Source of the DNA: Paragordius varius
Lineage: Eukaryota > Animalia > Nematomorpha
DNA: 64,000 nt
Direction: 5' to 3'
NCBI GenBank assembly: GCA_964247055.1
Contig: OZ176050.1
Span: forward strand, 9,982,001-10,046,000
Part shown: positions 28,401-44,300 of the stretch, piece by piece
Layout of the letters: the number at the start of each line of letters is the position of its first letter
Numbering within the stretch: position 1 is the stretch's first letter
Program-made: the position numbers and the translations under genes
Notes under the pieces: generated by a model
What the model saw: the letters and a program-made list of their open reading frames with translations, nothing else
Databases searched by the model: none
What the model was told of the DNA's origin: nothing

Positions 28401-31180
28401 CATCGGTTATTAAAAAACGACATATCCTAATTGGTTCCTTAAAAACGTAAGTTAACATTCAGATCTGTCAAGTGTTTAACTTGTTTACAATTAATGATAT
28501 ATGAATTTTCAGATCGTAGACTAGTTTGAAACTTAACTGTTGCGGGTTAGCATTTCGTGAGATTTCAAAAGGGAGTTTAATAGTAGAATTAAGTAGGTAT
28601 TACAAAACAAAGGTATGATGGATGATAAATTAACATTAAGATATATATATGGTTTAATCGCATCCAGGCATTTCAATATAAAATTTAAAGGTTTTTAAAT
28701 TGAATTTTTAAAAGGGTCAGAGATCAGTTATGATATACTAAAATAAGTCTGAACATATCATTAACAAATTGATCTGTAACTTAACCCTTAAACATTTCAT
28801 AATTATTATCTTCGCGTCAAATGTTTTAAAGGCTAAACAAAAATTTAATTTTATGCTCAAACTAATTTAAAATTTTTGTAAACCGCTTATTTAAAAGCCA
28901 TATTAGCTTTAAATAAATCTTAAATTACCAAAAATATGTAACATTGTTATAATCCTCATTTCCGAATAAGGACTAACCACATATTTTTATATTTATGACG
29001 AAAAAAAGTATAACAATTTATTTTAAAAATCAGAGAAAAGTCAAAAATCTGTCGCCACATATTTATAGAGATACACATCAAGTTTATATTTATACATAAA
29101 AATATCAATAAAAAGTTAGCAATATAAATATAGGTATATAGCTAACTAACTAAACTATTTATATACATATATGGAGAGTTTTCAAAAAAATAATTTGTAA
29201 AAATATAGAAGTATAGAGAATATGAAAATGTACATATTTTATTGATTTTTGGGAATTTCTTTTGCTACTTACACACACATACACACATATAAACACTTTT
29301 TAGCTTTTGGAAAATTATTAATACATGCTGGTAAAAAAAGTATATAAATATCTTAATATGGAAAAACAAAATATATACATATACATATATTAACAGGCAG
29401 TCAGTCCTTTATATAGTTTTTTAAAAATATGCGTTAAAAAACAGTATCATTCTTATTAATATAATGTGATAGCTATTATTATACCCAACAAAAAAAATTT
29501 TATCGATAATATATTGTATTGTTTTTTGGCGTTCTACCTTTTGTTACCTGTAAACAACTCCATCGCAGTGGAGTGCAATGCATTATTTGTTTCTAGTTAT
29601 ATTAATAAGGCTGCTGCTCTTTTTAGACAAAATTATAGAGGGTGCAAAATATTAGGCATTAAATATGAAACAATATAAATATGAAATTAAATAAAATTAT
29701 TGAAAAGAAAAATGCAAAAGACACTCAGAAAGCGTTTAAAAAGACGGATCATATATTTTACAACTTTGATGATTTTTTTAAATCAAAAGTTACTTTCGAA
29801 TCTCGTTTTGACAAAATATTAACAATTTAAATAAATTTCGACATAAACTCAGAGGCGTAGCTAGAGGTGGGAAAGAAGGCCTGATGCACCGAGCGCCATA
29901 TAAGGGGCGCCGGATTTTCAAAATTTTTATTTTATTCCAAAAAATAGGTATTATAAAGCTATTATTTTAAATAATACATAAAAAATCATCCATTTATGAG
30001 TGGTCATGACCACGGTTTGAATTTGATTATTTTTTAAAGGGGTCGCGTAAAGGGGGAGGGGCGCAAGAAATACAAGCTACGCCTCCGCTAAACTGATTTT
30101 GAAATAACAGTTTTTTGGGTATGCCCATATAAAACAATCTATTGATTATATCTAAAATCCACAATAAAATAAAACTAAAAAATCTCTGCAATACCCAAAT
30201 ATATAATGTTTCAATTTATATTATAAATTAAAATTCCTAATAACATCTCAAGACATCTAAAAATAGGCACCAATCAATACATGTTGGCATTTTTGGTCAC
30301 AGAAATTTTTAATCGAATATAAAACCAAAAAGGATTTCACATTTTTACTTTCACTAAAGTCTAAAATATAGATACTTTCGAAAAAATTAAAACAAACGCC
30401 TAACTTTTAAATTAATATCATTATCACCAAAAAGTTTAAAATATTGTTTACAATTTAACATTTTATTTGAAAAAATTATTGAAGTGCCTAAAAGTCCATA
30501 GAGAATGCATATTTTCCAAGCCCAATATCGGTATTAAAAACTGACCCAGAAAGAGTATCATGGGTTAAATTAGTATATAGCATCCAATTTTAACTTATTT
30601 TTTTAAATTTAATTCAAAAACAGCGTCCTCTGTATAAGAAAACAGTTTTGAGATTCCATAAATTAAAACTCAAATTTTAAACTTGATAGTTAATAAATTA
30701 TCTATTTTAAATAGATTTTTTATTTTAAATGGGTATAAATAATCTATTTGAAAAGTTATTTGTTTTTAAGTATAACTCAAATTATAATTTATTTAAAAAT
30801 GTTAGTCAGGTTTAATCATATTTGTTTTGCAAAAAATCGCATAAATCTGCCCGATGCATTTTAATGTATTGGTATTAATTTTTATATATTATATAGTCAA
30901 AGTATCCCAAATTATTAATTTTCAAAACAACATAAAATTTATGTAGGTGAAAATAAAAAAAACATAATTTTAAACTAATAATAATGCTAAACTTATAATA
31001 AAATGTCAAATGTAAATGTTATGTCATGATGTCTGATTAAAATAAATAAATACTTACGTAAGAAAAATGAAAATTTTCTTTTTTAAGGACTTCTTCTTCG
31101 AATTCAGCAACATGACGGTTGGGTTGTGTAAGTGATGATTTAAAATTTTCTAAAACTCCTTTGAAAGTAAATTTTTTCAT
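1010..31180 (-). CDS. STXBP5: Tomosyn (syntaxin-binding protein 5-like): WD40 propellers plus C-terminal R-SNARE, ~35 exons, ~1780 aa if the large exon is included
   Basis: Manual splicing with GT-AG sites and matching phases. Exons (+ coordinates, gene order): 31058-31180, 26119-26216, 21109-21190, 18297-18397, 17355-17489, 16889-16952, 16680-16763, 16102-16240, 15943-16012, 15544-15686, 15103-15175, 14542-14692, 14332-14399, 14057-14097, 13866-13979, 13078-13427, 12740-12820, 12141-12433, 11902-11990, 11721-11830, [10657-11587 tentative], 9887-9991, 7874-8320, 7226-7333, 5505-5585, 5328-5429, 5116-5184, 4367-4600, 3834-3940, 3212-3386, 2855-2963, 2267-2362, 1780-1904, 1534-1643, 1010-1147. 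Diagnostic peptides: MKKFTFKGVL, TIKQGFPHGATCLAYDPVQ, LPFQSKWLFVGT, HPGAVVHISDNP, HSDGTLKFWDASA, KQSPGFQ, LWIGTSFG, DREELFGE, and the C-terminus LGERGEKLGHLDERTAQM...KYKDKKWYQF*. The R-SNARE tail separates tomosyn from its paralog Lgl. Confidence 0.95.
1942..2169. mobile_element. Palindromic TA-flanked MITE (family A), copy 1
   Basis: TA|CAGTCATGTATCC...GGATACATGACTG|TA; near end-to-end hairpin; second copy at 3537-3750. Confidence 0.9.
3537..3750. mobile_element. Palindromic TA-flanked MITE (family A), copy 2
   Basis: TA|CAGTCATGTATTC...GGATACATGACTG|TA; homologous to 1942-2169. Confidence 0.88.
8647..9785 (+). mobile_element. Decayed mariner transposon (Mos1/mauritiana-like) in a tomosyn intron, antisense to the gene
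   Basis: TA|CCAGGTGTAT...ATACACCTGG|TA termini with TA duplication. Frameshifted transposase remnants in the expected order: MSKFISEKKHWR, YFVNPRRK, MLC..DQRGIVYY, HDNASSRSA, LAPSD, DEWFVAK, GINILPERGAKCVEAD. Confidence 0.92.
10657..11587 (-). CDS. STXBP5: Putative 931-nt exon in the tomosyn hypervariable region (acceptor uncertain)
   Basis: 327-codon open frame (10622-11605) in very AT-rich DNA. The flanking exons need a phase 0 to phase 1 linker; an AAG acceptor (exon start 11587) plus a GTAAAA donor after 10657 gives 931 nt (3n+1), which restores the frame. The AAG acceptor is weak. Confidence 0.6.
16383..16434. repeat. (TA)n microsatellite
   Basis: About 26 TA units in a tomosyn intron. 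Confidence 0.95.
17742..17911. mobile_element. Palindromic TA-flanked MITE (family B), copy 1
   Basis: TA|CAGTAGCGTATGGCATAAAACA...TGTTTTATGCCATACGCTACTG|TA. Confidence 0.9.
19650..19818. mobile_element. MITE family B, copy 2
   Basis: Same left end (TACAGTAGCGTATGGCATAAAAC) and core (ACAAGGGG.TATTATGG.TATGTGT) as 17742-17911; right end decayed. Confidence 0.85.
20390..20570 (+). mobile_element. Possible small mariner transposase remnant
   Basis: Translates to WDKRGVIYHY, resembling the mariner WD.XGVIYY motif; the rest is too decayed to confirm. Confidence 0.35.
21656..23102. repeat. ~33-bp inverted repeat pair 1.4 kb apart, enclosing MITE-like sequence
   Basis: AAATAAATTTTGGGCTTAAGAGCGAATATTAAT versus ATTAATATTCGTTCTTAAGCCCAAAATTTATTT; inner mirrored block ATATCATTCGAAAGAG / CTCTTTCGAATGATAT. 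Confidence 0.65.
23841..24231. repeat. Foldback element whose two arms are each a 5-copy array of a 21-bp unit (AACAATTCAAATTCACCCTTG)
   Basis: TA|CCATTTGCAGTTCAA...TTGAACTGTAAATGG|TA; five units at ~23847-23950 and five inverted units at ~24123-24225 around an AT-rich spacer. Confidence 0.92.
26361..26798. mobile_element. MITE family C (TIR TTTTGGGG.TAGTTTTATATC), copy 1
   Basis: Inverted ends TTTTGGGGTTAGTTTTATATC / GATATAAAACTACCCCAAAA; core CTAATGCAACAGGCAAATA...CCAGCAAAAAC shared with 62365-62828. Confidence 0.8.
29850..30087. mobile_element. hAT-like MITE
   Basis: TIRs CAGAGGCGTAGCT / AGCTACGCCTCCG with GC-rich subterminal blocks; flanks CATAAACT and CTAAACT look like a decayed 8-bp target duplication. 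Confidence 0.75.
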
Positions 31181-32768
31181 AACAACTTAAATTGAATTTA
31201 ATAAACATATGCTTAAAGCATTAAATGAAAAACATGCTTTGGTATATTATTTTTTAAAATTTTTGAGATATTAGCAAGCGACTTATTGCAATAAATCATG
31301 ATACTGAGCACTTTAAATTTGAATATCCACTTGATCCTATATATTAAATCAAAAATTACTTCAAAGCAAAATTGATAAGTTAGATGTTAATGTCTAAAAT
31401 ATATTATTACAACTGAATAACAAGATTTTAAAATTTTATTCAGAATACATTTGTTTGATAAATGCGTCCAAAAGCTTTATGAATATTATCAAATGACGAA
31501 TAGATGTTTAACATATCCAATAAAATATCGGGTAGATAACTACCCGAAAAGATTATAAAGAATTAATATTGTTTCAATCATGATTCATAACCATTAAAAA
31601 CGCTCCAAAAAATAATTTGCATATTAAATTTAAAAAGCAGGCATGCATTTTCAAAAAATATATTTGACGCTATATCTAGCATTTAGCAAAAAAGTGCCCA
31701 TTTTCGGCTCACATACACTGACTTGAGTAATATATATATTGAGAAAAATGTATCAGGATTATCTAATGCTTTTGGTTTTGGACTAGACGAGTTAAGATAG
31801 TTAATTGTACATTTGTGGTAAGTTCCGCATATCAAAAAATGGCAATATTTGCGCACAATTTTTAAAATAATTATTGGTGAAAGGTAGATGCTTTATTCCA
31901 AAAATATCTAATATATCATAATAACCTATATTTAAAAAAAAGGCAATATTTTTTAAAAACTTAAAATTTTTGAGGTGGGTCTCAAAATTCCCATTTTTTG
32001 CTCTTAAATAGACTAGTCCTCTAAAATATATCGCAAAAAGCTGGAATATGCGAAAAATACTAAATATATGCTATTTGGCATCAACTAGAAATATTTTTTT
32101 AAAATGCATACTTTTTTCAAAAAAATAATTTTTAGCGAAATTTTGTTGGACCTATTTCATTTTGCGTCATGAATGGTTTAAAGCTTTAAGATATCATAAA
32201 AACACTTTATATATAATTCGAATACTGAACATCTTATCACCTCAGAAATTTAATTAAATTATTAGTTTCTCTTCAAAATTATGTTATATAGATAGTATTT
32301 TTTTACAAAAATTTAAATTTTTAAATAAACCTTTAATAAAAATTCTGCAGTGAGAGAAATGTTCAGCATCATTAAATTATATAAAAGTGTTTTGAATATA
32401 TCGTAAAATGTATTTAAACCGTTTCCGTCATGACTCAAAAATATGAAGTACGCAATAATTTTGATAAAATAAATTTTTAAAAAAAGTATGCATTATTAAA
32501 TAAGTTTATAATTAAATTTAGCATATATTTTAAATTTCTGTTGATTCCGGCATTTTCGCGTTATTTTAAGAGAAATTTTAGAGGAGCAAATAAATTGGGA
32601 CTTTTGCAGCCCAAATCTAAAATAATTTTTTGAACATATTATAATGCTATTTATATGCAGAATATACTATATTTTAGTTTATTTTTTGCAACGAAGCCTC
32701 TAGCTTTCATCAAAAAGATTTTATTACAAAAATATTGTCAAATTTTCCCATTTTCTGGAAAGGAGCAT

Positions 32769-33590
32769 TTATTATTATTATTATTATTATAGCAAAGATC
32801 GTTGTCGATTTATTGCTTGTTCGAAGGTATATTTTCTGAAGTTTATTCGATTGTAAGCGAGTGCTATTAGCTGTTGTAAAGGATTGGTTTCTATGTTGGG
32901 TTTTCGATCCAGCGCATCTTGCAGCGTCCACCTTTCCTGGATCCTTCGACCTTGCCTGTCATTAGTTGGAATTCCAAGTCATTGCTCTGGTAATATGACC
33001 AAAGTATGATAATTTCATTTTGAGGCACATGCCGATCAGGTATATCTCGGGATTTATTTTGTCAAGAATTACGGTGTTCTTTATTTTGTCTTTCCAGTGA
33101 TTTGTAGCATCTTCCGCCAGCACCACATTTCGAAGGCGTTAATGTATTTTTCGTCTTTTTATTGTCCAACTTTCTGACGCGTATAGCATGCTAGGGAATA
33201 TTAGAGATTTAACAAATTGGATTTTTGTTTTGAGTTTGATGTCGTGTGACGACCATAGTTTATTATATTTTATCAATTTTGATTTAGCGATTCCTATTAT
33301 TCTTTTGATGTCGGGGGAGCTGTTGTAAGTCATATTTATAAGACTGCCTAAATAAGTGTATTGGGAGACTACTTCGATTTTTCCGTTGGCAAAGGATAAA
33401 TTGTTGTAATGATTCTGAGCGTTTGTATTCATAATTTTAGTTTTTTTGTAGTTGATCGTCGGACCGAATTTTTGAGATTCAGTTAAAAATTCTGTTGTTT
33501 TTAGGTTGTCTCTTGAATTCGACGTCAGCATATGAAGTGATGATATAAAATTGCCGGCGATGCTTATGCCATTAGCTTTATCTATATTTC
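32769..33590 (-). mobile_element. 5'-truncated RTE-clade LINE with (TAA)n tail
   Basis: RT C-terminal peptides INYKKTKIM, YTYLGS, MLYASESWTIK, NAFEMWCWRKML, YFGHITR, GKVEGSRKGGR..MRW, followed by a (TAA)n tail at ~32769-32790. Frameshifts are present. Confidence 0.88.
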
Positions 33591-34833
33591 TTAATACACT
33601 TTCTATGTAACACAGTTTAAATAATTAAATTACTCCTAAGAACCAAAAGCACCATAATATTCCGATACATTTACTAATCAGAATATGTATATTTAGTTTA
33701 TTTTTTGTAAACACTATTAGAAAGCATTTTATTGTGAAAATATCAAATTTACACAGGAAAATTAAATTTTTGCAATATCGAAAATTATTTTATATTAGAT
33801 TCATAAATATCTCGTTAATAACAGAGTGCACATCGTAGACCGCAAAAAATAATCTGATTTATATATATTTTAATGTATCAAGATTCTTATGGCGCTTTTG
33901 ATTTAGTTTACGAGCGATGTAAGCAAATTATCTACACTTTTGTGGTAATAGCTCTATATCGAAAATCGCATAATTAGCCCATGTTTTGTTGAATAAATTT
34001 TTTAGCGTAAACTAAATGCCTAATTTCAAAATATATCCCTAATATATATACTACATAAAAGCAAAACAATATTTATATTTTAAATTTTTAGGTGGTGGCA
34101 CCGAAACCAAATTTTTTACCTTTGAAATGGGCTACTTCTCTAAACACTTCATGACCCTTATTTTTTCTCCGCGACGACATATTGAAGGAATTTTATATCT
34201 CTCATTTTTTACTATTCTTTTTTAGTTATTTTAGTTTCAAATTTAATTATCAAACATTGTTCTCATGTGTGGATAAAAAACTTATTTTTTACATATTTGT
34301 GACTTCCAGAGTCTAAAATAGGTTCAGCTACAAAACAAGATTGAAACAAACAGCTGATATTAAAATCAAAATATATTGTTAGCTAGTTAAATGTAGCTTG
34401 AAAACTTTTTATTATTATTAATACACAGTGGTTGTTACATTAGCAAAAAGATTATTGGGAAAAATGCCCACAAAAAGTTTAAGATGAGGATTTTTTTACA
34501 ATTTTACATTTTTAAAAAAGATTTTGTATAATTCGTCTAAAAAACTGAGATCCTAAGATAAAAAATCACTCCAAAAGGTGGAGTGTTAGAAGTTATTTTT
34601 TTGAAAATATTGTTTTGCTTTTTATATGTATTTAAAATAGTTTAGTGATATTTTCTGGGATAAAGCCTTTAGCCCTTACCACAAAATTTTTTTATTGTAA
34701 AAATGTGGGCAAGCTTTGTCATTTTCTAATATGGAGCACTTATCACAAAAGTACATGTAGTTTTCAAAAAACCTAGATTCAAATTGATCTAAATTACCCA
34801 GATATATTTAAGTTAATATTTTTACAAAAATTA

Positions 34834-35467
34834 CAGAGGAAACGGTCATTTATGCTTCTATATATAAGTCATATAAATAAGTCAAAATATATAAATAAAC
34901 TTTCGTTCTGAAAAAAGTTCCATGTCCAATTATTTCGACGCCATTTTTTTTTCACAATATTTGCCAAAACTCATATTTAACACTTCGATACAACACATTT
35001 ATTTTAGTCCTTTGATTCAAATTGGGGTAGTTAAATACCCCAGGCCTGTTTAAAATTGAATTCTTAAAAAAATTGGAAAGAATCGAAACCATAACAAAAT
35101 TCTGCACTTATATAACATTAATAAACGGAAATTAATAAAATAAATTATTAAAAAATACTTGATATTACTTATTTTAAGGTAAAACCGAAAGATAAAAATG
35201 TAGTCTTCAATGGTAAAATTGAAAAATAATACAAAAAGAACCGCTCTTTCTATCTATCAATGTTAAATGTAATTTAAATATAACCTAAGCTTTAAATTTA
35301 CGCTTAAAATTAAATGAAGACGATATTTTGCTAAAATTTTGCAAATTAAAAATGGCGTCGAAGTAGTTTGACATAGAACTTTTTATCAAAACAAAATTTT
35401 ATCTAGATATTTTGGCATTATATACTTTTGTCTAGTTAGAAGCATAAATTGGGACCGTTTCCTTCAG
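34834..35467. mobile_element. TA-flanked MITE with long imperfect TIRs, upstream of PP1
   Basis: TA|CAGAGGAAACGGTC..TTTATGCTTCTA and TAGAAGCATAAA..GACCGTTTCCTTCAG|TA; inner mirrored block TTCGACGCCATTTT / AAAATGGCGTCGAA. Related pieces occur at ~35500-35530 and ~55015-55180. Confidence 0.75.
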
Positions 35468-36511
35468 TATTTTTTTGAAAATCTTCTTTCAAATTTAGTC
35501 TGGGGTATTTAGATACCCCAATTTGAATCGATATGTTAATTTTAAAGGTAAACATAAATTTTTTTTATTTAAATCGTATCTACGATGTATAATACAAAAA
35601 ATTTATTTTATATTATTTTTACAATTGCTAATGCACACATGTCAGATTGACTAAAATTTTACCTTTGGGTTTTACCTTAATTAATATTTAGTTTCTTTGT
35701 CTTCCGGTATAATACCAATCGAATGACTAAAATGAATGAGTTGTATTGTATCCAATTGGCCAAAATCGAGTGACCATTCCAAAAAAATGCATTTAGCCTC
35801 AGACCGAAAAGGGTAAAAAAATAATATTAAATTGGAATTGGCCCTGGTGTTTGTGCTATTCAATAACTCTATTTCTCGGGATTATTGAAGGTATTTAAGG
35901 AATCAGTTTTAATTAATGGATTCAAGAAAATACATAAAAGATTCTTATTTATGTGGAATGGGCTTACACCTTCTGAAAACTGCTGCCTATCCAATATTTT
36001 TTCTATAATATATGCGGGAAGCACTAGGAAATAATTTAAAAAATGTCGCCCTTGGTGGATTCGTAAGAAATTTATTATAAATTTTTAATAAACCTATAAT
36101 TTTCCAAACCTGCTCAGATCCAATATAGGAAAAACTACATTATCACACCAGCGTGCTAAACTATTTCGCTAATTTTAATGGTGCAGTCGTATTGATGACT
36201 TCGCAAAGAATAAAATATCCATTAGTTAACTTTGGGCCTACAACTTTTAAGGTATTCCATCAATTGTTTGAGCCCTTTTAGAAGCGCCTAGTTTATACAT
36301 GGTGTGTGCAAAACATAGGGGTTAAAACGCTTTAGCACCCTTGGATTTTATTTATTTAACATTTCTACTTTTGAATTTGGACCCAACGCGTTTTATGGAA
36401 TATTGATACAAATTTTTTAATAAAATAGATTTTCCCAGCCGCATTCACATACGAACTAATTAAAGTGTTATTAATGTTTTTATTAGATTGATCCCGATGG
36501 TTTAATTTGAT

Positions 36512-40582
<4,071 letters not shown>

Positions 40583-41374
40583 TTTCACTTCCATATTTAA
40601 TTGTATTACCTAACTCTTGTTGAGTAGTTCTGACTCTCATATCATTTATCAATCGGTTGGTTGCAATCTTTAACTTACCTTATAACCAATTACCTTATAA
40701 CCAAATATATAAATATCTTATATAAATTTAAAAAATAAACGCATAAAGTTTCCACCTTTTCCATTTGGTCTCAATTGGTTTTATTACAACAATTTAAACT
40801 ATATAACTGTGATATGAAATGATATTTAAACATTTTGTATTAACATCAATCCCAACTAATTATTACACTATTCACCTTTCTTCAAAAATTTGATATAATA
40901 TTCAAATACATCATTAATATTAACAGTGTAAATAGAAGGAATCCCGATAAAACATTTTTGCATTTTTACTTGTGATTATATGAATTATAATGCTGTAAAA
41001 CTTTAAAATTTTGAACATTTACCAAAATACCATGTAAATAAATTGTAATTTCCTATTTTATAAAACAAACTTGTATATTATATCAAATATTTTTTTTATT
41101 TTAAAGCGTTAAATATATTATTATATCGGCATAATTAAAATTCATACATGTTAAAATTTCGAATATGAATGTGAATGAATGTTCAAATTTTTGATATCAC
41201 AATGCGTTTTTACAATTTACAAATAAATTTATTTCAAATGTAATGAATCGGTATCATAATTTAAATATTTATTAAAATTATCTAACTTTTTTGTTTGGGA
41301 AAAAGTCCGGTTCCTTAAATAGTGTATCCTAACATAATATTTCACATTATTCGATTTAATTTTATTCAATTATT

Positions 41375-44300
41375 CTATCTACATTCTTTTATCAACCAAT
41401 AGGTTTCCATATCGTTGGTGTTTATCAGGTTAGTGTCTTTTTTATCATTTCGGCGAATAGCTACGAAAGAGGGGAAATCTTTCAAAGCTTTTTTACTTTC
41501 GCGACTTAATTGAATTTTCATGGGTAATCCCGAGCTTTCCATGTGATTCGCTATAAGAATCGTTTCTCCAAACAAACAATATCGTGGCATAATTTTACCC
41601 ACAATCCCTGCAGCACATGGTCCAGTGTGAATACCTATTCGTATTTCATAAAACATTTCACTCTTGTGGTTTATGTTGTTTGGCTCATCAATTTTAAGAT
41701 TTAACGAGGTTTTCTTGGCCAATAAATCTTTGTTCCTTTGGGCTATGACATCCCTAATGCCCAAAGCAAAGCGACAAATTTCACGAACATGTAAATTGCC
41801 ATTCCTTTTAGGGGCGCCTGAAACTATCATGTATGCGTCTCCTATCGTTTCTATCTTATAAACGTCTAATTTAGATGCCATTTTATCAAAACTGGTATAA
41901 ACTTCGTTCAAAAAATCAATAATTTCAAATGGTGTTAACTGTGCAGCTAATTTGGTAAACCCTACGATATCGCTGTAAAATATCGTGATATTTTTATATT
42001 CTTCGGGTTCTATGCTTTTTCCGACCTTCAGGGCTTCAGCTATTTCACGCGGAAGTATGGCTGAAAGATATTTATCTACACGTGCTTTTTCGATTCGATA
42101 GTTTTTTATGTTTTCATGCAATTTACGTTCAAGCGTACATGTGTAATCATCCAATTTTTCTAGCATTAAATCAAAGATATGGTTAAAATTAATTTTATTG
42201 GTCATATTTCGGTACGCTTGTCCGACCAATTTCATGTGATAACGCATATTTGGACGTTCCAAACACCTGTCAATAATTTTATTTAATTTAGACATATTAA
42301 TAGTTATCTGATCTTCTACTTTGACCTCAAGTTCCATAGGACCTAATAGCGGTTGAATGTAAGTTTTATTTGATTGATTAATTTTTCCATTTGATAAAAT
42401 TTTTAGCAGATATGTGGCATACAGCTGTTCTGATGAATTTATATTAGATTTATCTAAGAAAACTGAATACGATATTATATTACTATGATCTAATTTAGTC
42501 ACATTTTTATTATTATTATCATTATTACCCTCTAACCATTTTTGAAAATTGTAATAAAATGGAGGTCTTTGTGTTAAAATCTCTGTTATAATGATCCCTA
42601 GGGCATATACATCGTTTGATTGGGAATTAACCATAAACTTTACCGTTTTTTCGTCGATAAATAGTTCTCTTTTATCTAGATTGATTATTTTAACACCTTT
42701 TATGTTTTCGGGGGCACGCCACAAGAATGTAAGGTAAAACTTGACAGGATTAACAGCGCATTTGTATTTCGTGTATCGTTCAAAAAAAGATGAGACTCCA
42801 AAACCAATTATTTTAGCACAAAATCTATTATCTATAATAATTTGCCTGCTCGTTAACCTTCCGTGCCATTTGATAGGTGATTGGTGCAGAAATGTTAGTC
42901 CTTTAATCACATCATTTATAATTGACAACTTTAGAACCATGTCTAAACTGAAATTGGGTTTGGCCAGTAAATTTGAGAGACTTAGGTTGGAAACAAAATT
43001 GTATGCAACAAGAAATTTATCCATTTGATTTAGAATACCAATAAATTTACACAAGTTTTCGTGATTAATTTTATGTAACTGATTGATCTCATCTTTAAAC
43101 TTACCTGCAACTGCTATTGAACCACATTGAGGGATGGCATATATGGTGATATTTATATTGTTTTTGTAAAGTCCGTTGCGAGAAAAGATGTTGGAATTAG
43201 CAAAACTGGTTGTTGACATGGAACTTGAAATATTGTTGGGATTAACTGCGTTCCATCTCATATTTATATCTTCTGCCTTGAGTTGCCATTTCGGCTCATT
43301 CAACCGAAAAACATTGTATTTACGAACATACATACGGTACCCAATAAAAATTGCCAAACTTATGCCCAAGTAACTTAGAAGAGAAATCAACAAATTTAGA
43401 AAAGGTTTGTAGGTTATGATTTTAACAAAAATGGGGCATCGTTTTATTTCACGGGTCCCTTTAATTATACACATTTTATTACCTTGGACAGGGATACCAC
43501 TAGACCAATCTACCTTCCGGATCCATTTTAATTGATTGGTTAATCCAAAAAAATTTGCGACTAGGCCAACGTTACCCAATTTATTATCATACATACCATA
43601 AATGGAGAAATCAGTATATCGATCTCCCTGATAATCTATGGACACATTACCAGTAATGCCTTTGAATGTTTTGTTCCAAAACATGTTTGGTGAAATGGTT
43701 GGGGGAGTGGAATTAAAAAGAACAGACATAGCATACATTATTACACAATCGTGGAAACTTCCCACAAAATAATTCATAGGCTCATCATAAAGATAATTGT
43801 ATTTGATCAGAGCCTGGCGCCTGACTTTCTGATCAAAAGTTTGCCATTCTGTCGTATTTTCATTTCGCAATCTAATAACAAGTAAGTTGGAGTAAGCCTT
43901 AAGAGCTATGTAATCATCCGGTTTACCTTTATTCCATGGCCGGGATGGATAGACGACACGAAGGTGCAAATCAATCGTGAGGAATAAAAACATCATTTTT
44001 GATTTAAACGATAAAATCAAAAAATGTCTTATTTTATCATCATCAACCAATAATAGTATGGCTCTTGTCATTTTACTCAGTTTATGTAATAGATCAAGTG
44101 TATGTGAGGCTTTATTGGTGGTGTTACTTGAAATGTATGTTACACGTAAATTGATATTACTTGGATCGGCTTTGATATAGATTGCGAGGTTAGCCGTTAC
44201 CTCCATCCCAGTTTTCCAAGAGGCGTCACAAATTATTACCAGCTCATAATGTTTGTAATACAGCAATGTGGCTATAAGTGTATTGGCCTGTACATGCATA

